Source: Eledone cirrhosa
Lineage: Eukaryota
DNA: 64,000 bases
Assembly (NCBI GenBank): GCA_964016885.1
Contig: OZ024742.1
Location: 160,208,001 to 160,272,000 of the forward strand
Direction: 5' to 3'
Positions 1 to 11,100 of this stretch are shown here, piece by piece (position 1 is the first letter of the stretch; every line of letters begins with the position of its first letter). Below the pieces are notes generated by a model, which was not told the DNA's origin, made no database searches, and was given only the letters and a program-made list of their open reading frames with translations. The position numbers and the translations under genes are program-made.

Positions 1-109
1 TGTAGTTAAATCAATAGCTAACCAAATACACAAACACAATGATTCTTCATTAGGAGATTGATTCAAGGGGGCATGGAGAATCAATTAAGATACAAACATT
101 GTAAACATG

Positions 110-370
110 GATGTTGATGACTGTGATGATGACAATGATAGTGATGTTGATGAGAACGACATACGATGATTATAATGATGATGATGATGATGATGATGAT
201 GTTGATGATGATGATGTTAATGATAACGATGACGGCGGCGGCGGCCGCGACGACGACAACTGATGATGAAGATGATGATGATGATAACAACGACGACGGC
301 GGCGATGATGATGATAACAACGACGACGACGATGATGATGATGATGATGATGATGATTATAATAATAATT
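110..370. repeat. (GAT)n/(GAC)n trinucleotide microsatellite
   Basis: Runs of gatgatgat and gacgacgac; the poly-M/D/I ORFs here are artefacts of the repeat. Confidence 0.95.
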
Positions 371-737
371 TATTCATTTTAAGGTCAGCAATTTGGGGAG
401 AGGATAGTGTCTATTAAATTGATTCTAGTACTTAATCTGTACTATATTTTATCAACCTCGGAAGGGCGAAAGGCCATGTTGACCTCAGCGGGATTTGAAT
501 TCAGAACGCAGTGAACCGAAACAAATAATTGTTTCTACATTTGGCACAAGGCCAGCAATTTGGGGAGAGAGGAAAGTCGATTAAATCGACACCAGTGCAT
601 TACTGGTACTTTATTTTATCGACCCCGTAGGATGAAAGGCAAAGCTAACCTCGGTGGGATTTGAACTCAGAAGGTAAAAGGCCGTAACTCTATGCTATAA
701 AGCATGGTGTCCGACACTCTACCGACACTGCCCATCC
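366..737 (-). mobile_element. Two adjacent copies of a tRNA-derived SINE (family A)
   Basis: Reverse complement of the family consensus: GGCAGTxTCGGTAGAG (A box), GAGTTCAAATCC (B box), GCCTTTCATCCT..GGGGTCGATAAAATAAAGTACCAG central domain, GCTGGCCTTGTGCC..TAGAAACAATTATT tail; second copy 526-737 is near full length. Confidence 0.85.
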
Positions 738-930
738 ATATGATGATGATGATGATGATGATGATGGTGATTGTGATGGTGTGATGATGAGGAGGATGGT
801 TTAAATGAAGTGACAAGTCTTTTGGAAATTAAATATTGTTTTTTAGTGTATATTTGTAAACTATGTAATATAATTTTAAAGAGAAAAAGTCTCTTTAAAA
901 AAAATTTGAATTGAAATACAACATATCAAA

Positions 931-1210
931 AATAATTGTTTCTACTTTCGGCACAAGGCCAGCAATTAACCAGTGCATTACTGGTACTTTATTTTATCGA
1001 CCCCGTAAGGATGAAAGGCAAAGTTAACCTCGGTGGGATTCGAACTCAGACGTAGAGGGCCACAACTCTATGCTACAAAATATGGCGTCCGACCCTCTAC
1101 CGATACTGCCAATCCAAAAAAATATTGTTTCTACTTTTGGCACAAGGCCAGCAATTACCTCAGTGTATTACTGGTACTTTATTTTATCGACCCCGTAAGG
1201 ATGAAAGACA
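931..1210 (-). mobile_element. SINE family A: one full copy (931-1116) and one truncated copy (1121-1210)
   Basis: Same motifs as the 526-737 copy. Confidence 0.85.
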
Positions 1211-1249
1211 AAAATGAAGTGAGATTATGTAGTTAATTAAGTGTCGTTA

Positions 1250-1432
1250 TTTGTTGTTTTTAATGTTGTTGTCGGCATTGTTGTTATTGTTGTTGTCGTT
1301 GTCGTTGTTGTTGTCGGTATTGTTATTAGTGTTGTTGTCGTCATCGTGGTTGTTATTGTTATCAATGTTATCGTCATGGTCGTTATTGTCGTGGTTGTTC
1401 TTGTTGTTGTTGTTACTGCTTGTTGTTTTTGT
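1250..1432. repeat. (GTT)n/(GTC)n degenerate microsatellite
   Basis: Direct inspection. Confidence 0.9.
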
Positions 1433-2037
1433 TGAAGGCAGGAATAGGCAATTCATTCATTGGACCAAATTCAATTTATTGTCCTTTTCTACGAACACCA
1501 TGCGATCATGTCACATTAAAAATAAATCTAAAAACAAAGAAATATCTTTTCTGGACTTGCTCCACTAACGTCACTCACGATTCGCTCGTCTGTAAACAAA
1601 TGTATAATCCAATATAAATAAATAAAATTAAATTAAAACAAATAAATAAATAGTCAACATGTTTACAGAGTCAAAAAAGAAAAAAATATGGGAGTGTCTA
1701 CTTCCACCTTCTTCAACAAGGAAGATAGAGATTTACATATAGTTAGCTATAGCTTGGCAAAAAATGGGAGGTGGTAATTGGATAATAATAGGAGTGTAAC
1801 TCAACAAACATTGCCTTCGTGTAGCCGTCTGGGAGAGGCGTAGCCTAAGCTATGATAAGGCAGTGTATTTTTTTAAGCTTAGACATACTTGTATAAAATA
1901 CGTACATACTAAGAGATTTATTATCAGTAGCACTAACATTCTAAGATAAATGTGATATGATAATAGTGATATGATCACAGCTTAATACAATCATAGGAAG
2001 ACTTATGTATATTATACATAAGTATATCGAATAAACG

Positions 2038-2115
2038 GTTTCATGTGAGAGAGATTTTTCACTGGACAGTATTAAAACAGATTTGAAAAATCAAAGTTCT
2101 CACGCCGCACAAACC
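2038..2115 (+). pseudogene. Possible hAT transposase C-terminal remnant
   Basis: Translates VSCERDFSLDSIKTDLKNQ, resembling the hAT dimerisation-domain motif (S/C)ERxFS..IKT..RN; short match only. Confidence 0.3.
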
Positions 2116-2379
2116 TCTCACATAAAACAGTACAGTATAATGTAAAAAGAAGATATTTCTTTAAATAACCCTGATTGGGTCATTCTTTAAAGAGAAATGT
2201 CAATATTGCATGGTTTGTATTTGCTGAATTCTCACCAATAACATATATAGTGTGTCAGTGCATATATATATATATATATACATGAATGGATTTTAATTTT
2301 CATATATAAATATATTCAATTTCTTCTCTCTCCCTCACTCAACCTCTCTCTCCCTCACCCAACATTCTCGCTCTCTCTC

Positions 2380-3032
<653 letters not shown>

Positions 3033-3454
3033 AACAAATATAAATTAGCGAGAATCGTATTTCGGCTTTGGAATTAGCGAAAAACAACTTCTGCGATGTG
3101 TGGCAAGCGCTCAATAATTCTGACGAACCAGAGCTACAACATACGTTAAAGGCCAAACACACTGAGACGATGGTTAAACTGTCATCCGCACAGTCATAGA
3201 AACGACCAAGTAATTCGGGTCAAACAAATAAAAAAATATGTGATTGAAAAATTTACCCGGACCCCTGGAAGGTTGGTAAAATCCAGCATTTGGGTTTCTG
3301 CGACTCCTAAATCAAGTACTGTCCGCTTAGACAAATAATGTTAGGCTTCTGGTAAGATGATTGAACAAGGAAGTCACTTTCTCAACAGGTTTTAGTTCAA
3401 GTGCCAGGCGAAAGAATGACCGTTACCGATACCCACGTGGGGCTCGACAAGGGA

Positions 3455-3493
<39 letters not shown>

Positions 3494-3660
3494 AAGCAAA
3501 TTATAAACGTAAACATGTAAGTATGTATTTGAAACGGTGCGCGAGTTTGAAATTAGAAATTAGAAAATATAAGCTTTCACCGTATTTTAGACTAAAGAAA
3601 TGTCTAGCCTGATAGTGGGGTTTATAACCCTCGGAGAAATGGAAAAAGATGAGTGTTGCC

Positions 3661-3702
<42 letters not shown>

Positions 3703-3710
<8 letters not shown>

Positions 3711-4386
3711 AAGTGAGTCCTTCATCAGTGACCCTCCAACCGTCCTCGGCATTTCATCGCTTTAAGGGCCATATGCCTCAGGTTGGTGCGAACAACGGCT
3801 AAAAAAAGTCGTTGGGACACGTAAATAAAGGGGGACGCTAGAGTAACAACAAAAGGGTTATAGCAACGGAGAGTGAGTAGAAATAGACAAGTCCCAGATC
3901 TCTATGAATATAAACTCTGTGAAATCGTGAACAAGAGACGAAAGACCATCGAACCTGGTAGAAATGTGAGCAAGGAAAGAATTTCGCCCAAGTTCGACGG
4001 GGGGGGGGGGGGGAAGAGAGAGAGAGAGAAAGAAAACTGGTCTACGAATTCGGTAAACGCAAGTTTTGTGAAGTCGCAGACGAAAGAGAGAGAGAGAAAA
4101 AAAATTCCATACCAGCTCGGTCAAGACTGCGCGAGAAAAGAATTACACACAGGTCAAACTTGAAGGAGGAGGAGGAAAGAGGAGGAGGAGAGGTAGTGAC
4201 AGAGAATGAGTGAGTGAAAGTTGAGGAGAGGGTAACAGAGAGGAGACTGCTAGAAGTGGTAGAGATACAAGGAACGAAACGGACAGGCAGCATGGAAAAG
4301 TATATGTGTAAATATGATGATAATAATGGAGCTGCGGCGTTGCAAATGGGATACATATGAAAAAGTGAGTCCTTCATCAGTGACCC

Positions 4387-4391
<5 letters not shown>
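3703..4391 (-). mobile_element. Retrozyme-like monomer (652-bp period plus 37-bp terminal direct repeat), diverged homolog of the 495-bp array unit
   Basis: ATATGAAAAAGTGAGTCCTTCATCAGTGACCCTCCAA at 3703-3739 and 4355-4391; (TA)n on both sides; minus strand aligns with the array unit over ~105 nt and also shares ACTTTCACTCACTCA. Confidence 0.75.
3717..3818 (-). ncRNA. Candidate non-circularly permuted hammerhead ribozyme (GC-rich variant)
   Basis: Minus strand: GTCC-CAACGAC..GCCGTTG-T-TCGC-ACCAACCTGA-GGCA-TA^-TGGCCCT-TAAA-GCGA-T-GAAA-TGCC-12nt-AGGGTCA-CTGATGA-A-GGAC. Confidence 0.7.
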
Positions 4392-4475
<84 letters not shown>

Positions 4476-4489
4476 TATTTTTTTTAAAT

Positions 4490-5460
4490 TAAAATAACAG
4501 ATTAAAGTTTAAGCAAAGAATTGCTGCTTTTTACTTATTCTTAACTCTGAAGCCGAGAATCATTCGGTTTCCTAGTTAGAATTTTAGTCTACGACCTCAG
4601 TTATACAATTTACGTGGTTTTGTCTTTGCGTGCAACAATGGTTCTCCCCGCTCCACATATGACGTACTAGCAGATGTACCCGGCGTTGCTCGGGAAATGA
4701 ATGACAGCCTGTTTGTCCGTATAAAGAGAACCAAAGGTTGAGCAAAGAATTTAAATGTAATTGTAAAAAAAAGTTTAACAAAATGGGTGTACAGTGACAT
4801 GATTGAGTGAAATAAACGGCAACATAAAAACAATTCATGGGGTAGCTTAAATTAATTGACGTGAATGATTTCAGGTCCGGCCTTGCTGTAGTAGGTATGA
4901 GTAAGGGGATAAAGATGGAATAGACGCAACGTATCTCCTTCAGTAGACTAAACCCTATGCGTAAGATGGCGCTGCCACTACCACGTTGACCATCCACTGG
5001 ACATAGAAATATCATTCCTTGAAGCAAATCGGCCTAGTACTTCAAAAGTTAAAAGGAGCCTAGTATTTGTACACAGACAGACAGACACACACACAGACCG
5101 ACTTGCTTTTATATATATAGATTATCTTCGTTTTTTCCGTTCATTGCCAGAGAACGTCTCTATGAACCACCTAATAGAATATTAGTCTACGACTTCTTTT
5201 ATACCATAAGCGTGGTTTTGTCTTTGCGTGTAATTGTTTTTCACCGCTCCAAATAATGACGTATTATATTCGTTTTTTCCCGTTCTTTGCCAGGGAACGT
5301 TTCTACGAACCAAAGTATCGTCTTCCTGTCTTCCTCCGCTTCCAACGTTTTTTGAAATATTCACTTCTGCGTTTACAGATTGACTTTGTTAGTTTCAGAA
5401 GATCCCGTTAAGGGTGAAAGCAGCGATTCTTTGCTTAAACTTTAATCTGTTATTTTAATA
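4490..5460. repeat. Element with ~40-bp terminal inverted repeats and an internal diverged tandem duplication; hosts a Helitron
   Basis: ATTAAAATAACAGATTAAAGTTTAAGCAAAGAATTGCTGCTTT (~4490-4530) vs its reverse complement at ~5418-5459; direct repeat ~4572-4666 vs ~5171-5265; right end recurs at ~7107-7160. Confidence 0.6.
4667..5121 (-). mobile_element. Non-autonomous Helitron
   Basis: Minus strand starts TC(TATATATATAAAA) and ends CCCGAGCAACGCCGGG hairpin, 8 nt, CTAG; inserted between A and T with no target duplication; joined flanks gacgta|ttatcttcgtttttt match the uninterrupted paralog gacgtattatattcgtttttt at ~5258. Confidence 0.9.
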
Positions 5461-5548
5461 AATATTTGCTCTACGGTTCTTATATATTTGATATATATTT
5501 ATCCTCATCGAGCTCTCTTTGGATTTTAGTCTTCAAATTTATTATTAT

Positions 5549-5592
<44 letters not shown>

Positions 5593-5812
5593 GCGCGCGT
5601 GTGTGTGTATGTGTGTGTATATTTAAATATATATGTACCAAACTGTCTATGGTAGGCTCGATGACGCTGTTAGAACACCATGCAATACATATATATATAT
5701 ATCGATTTTTATCCTAGTCAATCAAACTTCTGAAACGATCGTAAAACAATGAACTAATTAAGCCCTAAACTTCGTCTTTTGTTTTCATTGTATGTATATG
5801 TAACCAAATATA

Positions 5813-5852
<40 letters not shown>

Positions 5853-5854
<2 letters not shown>

Positions 5855-6200
5855 GGTCGTTACATCGACGACTGTATCGGAGCCACGACCCTCACCCGAG
5901 AACCGACTCCTTTCTCTCCTTCTTCTGCTCCTTCCACCCCTCTCTCCTCTTCACCACCTCTATCTCCAGCACCCACGTCCACTTCTTAGACATCTCCGTC
6001 GCCATCGACCCCTCCCACCACTCCCTTGTCACCTCCACCTTCTTCAAACGCACCGACTCCCACTCCTATCTCGATATCACCGGATCCTCAGGATCCGGCG
6101 CCTCTGCAGCCGAGATGGTGACTTTGAGTCCAGGCCCTTTCCCTAGTCAGCCATTTCATCCGCAGAGGTTCCATTCTACCCCTAAATTAAATTTCTACTA
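5853..6200 (+). pseudogene. Penelope-like element RT C-terminal fragment
   Basis: FHPSLLFTTSISSTHVHFLDISV...TFFKRTDSHSYL matches the PLE RT pattern FT..FLD...KPT.S..YL; followed by a hammerhead-bearing terminal repeat. Confidence 0.75.
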
Positions 6201-6315
6201 GTACTATTCTATCAACTTGACCTCTTACTACTTTTCTATTGGTCAATTCAAAACCTGTTCCCAAACAAACCTCTTATATTAAATCTTTGTTGTTTTTTTT
6301 TTCAATAAACAAATC

Positions 6316-6451
6316 TCATCATTTCTGAAGACAGCATATATATGTAAAGGTATGTATATTGCCTCTGATAGTTTGTAATATTTTTACATAGATCTATATG
6401 ATATACATACCAACACACATATATATCCTAGAAACGATCGTAAAATGATGA
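6316..6451 (+). ncRNA. Type I hammerhead ribozyme, minimal stem III, long stem II
   Basis: TCATCATTT-CTGAAGA-(AGcATATATATGT...ACATATATATcCT)-A-GAAA-CGATCG-TA-AAATGATGA; 9-bp stem I, palindromic stem III; 10.1-11.1 pair is a C-A mismatch. Confidence 0.75.
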
Positions 6452-6515
6452 ATTTTTTAATATAAGGAACTTGTTCTTTGTTTTTATTTCATTGTTTTCA
6501 TTTATTTCATTAATT

Positions 6516-6547
<32 letters not shown>

Positions 6548-6548
6548 C

Positions 6549-6579
<31 letters not shown>

Positions 6580-6590
6580 CATATATATAT

Positions 6591-6911
6591 GGTGGCCTGC
6601 CAACTCGTTTTCGAGTACGGCCACTACTTTATATCCATGTAGGAGAACGCCGACCGATGCGCTAAACAAGTGTGACTTTTTAGTCCAGCCAGCGACTTGA
6701 AAACTCTGGTACAAACACTACACTTGTGACAGTTATTGACACATAGTGCTGGGCCCTTGGTACCATGTGATGACAAGTGCAGAGAGATCTCCAGATATAA
6801 AGCAATGCCTGTGCCGTGAAGCTTTTATAGTGAGCAAAGGCACTGCACAAAGCCAGTCCCACTCTCTTAACCAAGATGATATCTACCAAAAAGAAGAACA
6901 AGTCAACATCA
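6591..6911 (-). mobile_element. 5'-truncated copy of the non-autonomous element at 40087-40690
   Basis: Close reverse-complement match to 40374-40689; flanked by (TA)n. Confidence 0.8.
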
Positions 6912-7153
6912 TACATATATATACATGCATATATATATATATATATGTATGTATATATTATGTTAATTTAATATATATATATATATATATATATAATATT
7001 TAAATATATACTGTATATAATATACATATATAATGAATTTGTATAATATATATACATCTATATATCTAAGTTTATATATACTTTTTTCATCGATATATAT
7101 ATAAGGGCCCGTTAAGGGTGAAAGCAGCGATTCTTTGCTTGAACTTTAATCCG

Positions 7154-7232
<79 letters not shown>

Positions 7233-7236
<4 letters not shown>

Positions 7237-7390
7237 AACGAGTAGGACCCCGACGGCTGAGCTCAAGCCGTTTCGACGGCTAATTCTCGACGTCGGGGTC
7301 CTACTCGTTCCTATTACCCACTCTACTACACTAAGTATTGAGTACTTTGGTGCGTTATGGTCCACCTGGTTCCTTACCATATTTCCTTCG

Positions 7391-7392
<2 letters not shown>
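7233..7392. mobile_element. Short fold-back element (family B) in (TA)n
   Basis: TAGGAACGAGTAGGACCCCGACG...CGTCGGGGTCCTACTCGTTCCTA palindrome plus unique tail; homologs at 54158-54354 and 55657-55790. Confidence 0.8.
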
Positions 7393-7474
<82 letters not shown>

Positions 7475-7584
7475 CTTTCTGCGCTCACTTGTAAACAAAC
7501 TATTTACATATATTAATTCATCCACTCTTCTACTTCGTTTCACAATATATCCTTAATTACATTACTATTTTTATATTTTTTTAA

Positions 7585-7740
7585 ATAATACATATCAACA
7601 ATTTCTTTCCATATTATTAAACCCTTCAATATTCAAGCCTTAACTTAATATTATTCTTAATACATATTAACAATTTCTTTTCATCGCACATATTATTAAA
7701 CCCTTCAATATACAAACCTTAATTTAACATTATTCTTAAA
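7585..7740. repeat. Short AT-rich tandem duplication (~72-80 bp, 2 copies)
   Basis: TAATACATATxAACAATTTCTTT...CATATTATTAAACCCTTCAATAT...TTATTCTTAA occurs twice. Confidence 0.8.
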
Positions 7741-8043
7741 TGTTTCTCTTCGTTAATTTTCAAATTCTTTTAATTTATATATTATCTTCCAACGTTTTTT
7801 TAACCTCTCTCTGTAAAACAATATATTTTTCTCAGTTATAAAAGCTATCTCTCTCTCTCTATCACCCATCTCTCCTCCTTCCCTATTATACTCCGCCCCC
7901 TCCATTATTTACTCTCATCTCCTCCTCTTTTTCACCACCCCCTCAATTTTTTTCTCAATATCACACATCAATCTAAAACTACTTTTCATATGTTGATTTA
8001 AAACTGCACTATTCACAAGTGTTTTTTATATCATGTCTTCCTA

Positions 8044-8110
8044 TTTTATCTGACGAAAACGCAAATGTCATCGCATGATGATATTTGTTTTTGAAATGCG
8101 CATAATAAAA
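8044..8110 (+). ncRNA. Type I hammerhead ribozyme with intact core
   Basis: TTTTAT-CTGACGA-AAAcgCAAATGTCATC-GCAT-GATGATATTTGttTTT-GAAA-TGCGCA-TA^-ATAAAA; predicted cleavage after 8104. Confidence 0.85.
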
Positions 8111-8153
8111 TTCATGGAACTCTTTTAACCATCATTTGATCTTATATATATAT

Positions 8154-11100
8154 ATATATTTTAATACATATATTTACCACTGCGATTCTGTGTTTTTTTC
8201 TCTCTCTCTTACTGTTCCCCCATTCTCTCTGTTTCTCCCCCTCTGTCATGTCCGTTAACTCTTCGTCACACTTTCACTCACTCACTGTTTTTCTCTCTCT
8301 TCTCTTCATTTCATCCTGCACACCACGAACGCTATTTTTCTCTCTCTGCTCATAGCCTTCGCTCGTGTAGGATCTATTCTCTAAGCGCTCATATATTCAC
8401 CTAGCTTATGCTAAACAGAATAATTTTTGAAGCTTGTTTCTTTCCCCCGGTTAGCTTTACTCTGTTGTTCTCCTGTCTCACTCGCTTTACGCGTTTTAAT
8501 TGTCCTAATAACTTATTTTGGTTATTATTGCACCGACGTGAGATATATGATTTTTAATGCAATGAAATATCTATGATCTTCGGCAAATCACTGATGAGGG
8601 ACTTATTTTATTACATGTTATCCATGTCCTACCTGCAGTATTTTTCTCTATATTTTAATACATATATTTACCACTGCGATTCTGTGTTTTTTTTCTCTCT
8701 CTCTTACTGTTCCCCCATTCTCTCTGTTTCTCCCCCTCTGTCATGTCCGTTAACTCTTCGTCACACTTTCACTCACTCACTGTTTTTCTCTCTCTTCTCT
8801 TCATTTCATCCTGCACACCACGAACGCTATTTTTCTCTCTCTGCTCATAGCCTTCGCTCGTGTAGGATCTATTCTCTAAGCGCTCATATATTCACCTAGC
8901 TTATGCTAAACAGAATAATTTTTGAAGCTTGTTTCTTTCCCCCGGTTAGCTTTACTCTGTTGTTCTCCTGTCTCACTCGCTTTACGCGTTTTAATTGTCC
9001 TAATAACTTATTTTGGTTATTATTGCACCGACGTGAGATATATGATTTTTAATGCAATGAAATATCTATGATCTTCGGCAAATCACTGATGAGGGACTTA
9101 TTTTATTACATGTTATCCATGTGCTACCTGCAGTATTTTTCTCTATATTTTAATACATATATTTACCACTGCGATTCTGTGTTTTTTTTCTCTCTCTCTT
9201 ACTGTTCCCCCATTCTCTCTGTTTCTCCCCCTCTGTCATGTCCGTTAACTCTTCGTCACACTTTCACTCACTCACTGTTTTTCTCTCTCTTCTCTTCATT
9301 TCATCCTGCACACCACGAACGCTATTTTTCTCTCTCTGCTCATAGCCTTCGCTCGTGTAGGATCTATTCTCTAAGCGCTCATATATTCACCTAGCTTATG
9401 CTAAACAGAATAATTTTTGAAGCTTGTTTCTTTCCCCCGGTTAGCTTTACTCTGTTGTTCTCCTGTCTCACTCGCTTTACGCGTTTTAATTGTCCTAATA
9501 ACTTATTTTGGTTATTATTGCACCGACGTGAGATATATGATTTTTAATGCAATGAAATATCTATGATCTTCGGCAAATCACTGATGAGGGACTTATTTTA
9601 TTACATGTTATCCATGTGCTACCTGCAGTATTTTTCTCTATATTTTAATACATATATTTACCACTGCGATTCTGTTTTTTTTTCTCTCTCTCTTACTGTT
9701 CCCCCATTCTCTCTGTTTCTCCCCCTCTGTCATGTCCGTTAACTCTTCCTCACACTTTCACTCACTCACTGTTTTTCTCTCTCTTCTCTTCATTTCATCC
9801 TGCACACCACGAACGCTATTTTTCTCTCTCTGCTCATAGCCTTCGCTCGTGTAGGATCTATTCTCTAAGCGCTCATATATTCACCTAGCTTATGCTAAAC
9901 AGAATAATTTTTGAAGCTTGTTTCTTTCCCCCGGTTAGCTTTACTCTGTTGTTCTCCTGTCTCACTCGCTTTACGCGTTTTAATTGTCCTAATAACTTAT
10001 TTTGGTTATTATTGCACCGACGTGAGATATATGATTTTTAATGCAATGAAATATCTATGATCTTCGGCAAATCACTGATGAGGGACTTATTTTATTACAT
10101 GTTATCCATGTGCTACCTGCAGTATTTTTCTCTATATTTTAATACATATATTTACTACTGCGATTCTGTGTTTTCCTCTCTCTCTCTTACTGTTCCCCCA
10201 TTCTCTCTGTTTCTCCCTCTCTGTCATGTCCGTTAACTCTTCCTCACACTTTCACTCACTCACTGTTTTTCTCTCTCTTCTCTTCATTTCATCCTGCACA
10301 CCACGAACGCTATTTTTCTCTCTCTGCTCATAGACTTCGCTCGTGTAGGATCTATTCTCTAAGCGCTCATATATTCACCTAGCTTATGCTAAACAGAATA
10401 ATTTTTGAAGCTTGTTTCTTTCCCCCGGTTAGCTTTACTCTGTTGTTCTCCTGTCTCACTCGCTTTACGCGTTTTAATTGTCCTAATAACTTATTTTGGT
10501 TATTATTGCACCGACGTGAGATATATGATTTTTAATGCAATGAAATATCTATGATCTTCGGCAAATCACTGATGAGGGACTTATTTTATTACATGTTATC
10601 CATGTCCTACCTGCAGTATTTTTCTCTATATTTTAATACATATATTTACCACTGCGATTCTGTGTTTTTTCCTCTCTCTCTTACTGTTCCCCCATTCTCT
10701 CTGTTTCTCCCCCTCTGTCATGTCCGTTAACTCTTCCTCACACTTTCACTCACTCACTGTTTTTCTCTCTCTTCTCTTCATTTCATCCTGCACACCACGA
10801 ACGCTATTTTTCTCTCTCTGCTCATAGCCTTCGCTCGTGTAGGATCTATTCTCTAAGCGCCCATATATTCACCTAGCTTATGCTAAACAGAATAATTTTT
10901 GAAGCTTGTTTCTTTCCCCCGGTTAGCTTAACTCTGTTGTTCTCCTGTCTCACTCGCTTTACGCGTTTTAATTGTCCTAATAACTTATTTTGGTTATTAT
11001 TGCACCGACGTGAGATATATGATTTTTAATGCAATGAAATATCTATGATCTTCGGCAAATCACTGATGAGGGACTTATTTTATTACATGTTATCCATGTG

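Noticed and set aside
3112-3220. Hammerhead at CTGACGA (~3120)
   Set aside because: ACCA/TGGT is followed by TAAA instead of GAAA, and no consistent stems I and III were found.
5390-5432. CAGAAGA-TCCC-GTTAA-GGGT-GAAA-GCAGC as a hammerhead
   Set aside because: Core is altered, with no UH site and no stem I; at most an old remnant.
8546-8597. Box C/D snoRNA (TGATGA, CTGA)
   Set aside because: The two boxes overlap in one CTGATGA instead of lying at opposite ends with a terminal stem.
8564-8602. Canonical type II hammerhead using TGAT-cttcggcaa-ATCA as stem I
   Set aside because: Stems II and III do not form in that register and the pairing is absent from the homolog; it may still be a competing fold.
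8573-8899. Repeated 108-aa ORF ([12 protein letters not shown]...) as a tandem gene family
   Set aside because: S/L/F-rich translation of CT-rich DNA, frameshifted or stopped in roughly a third of units, and its start is not conserved in the 652-bp homolog where base pairing is.
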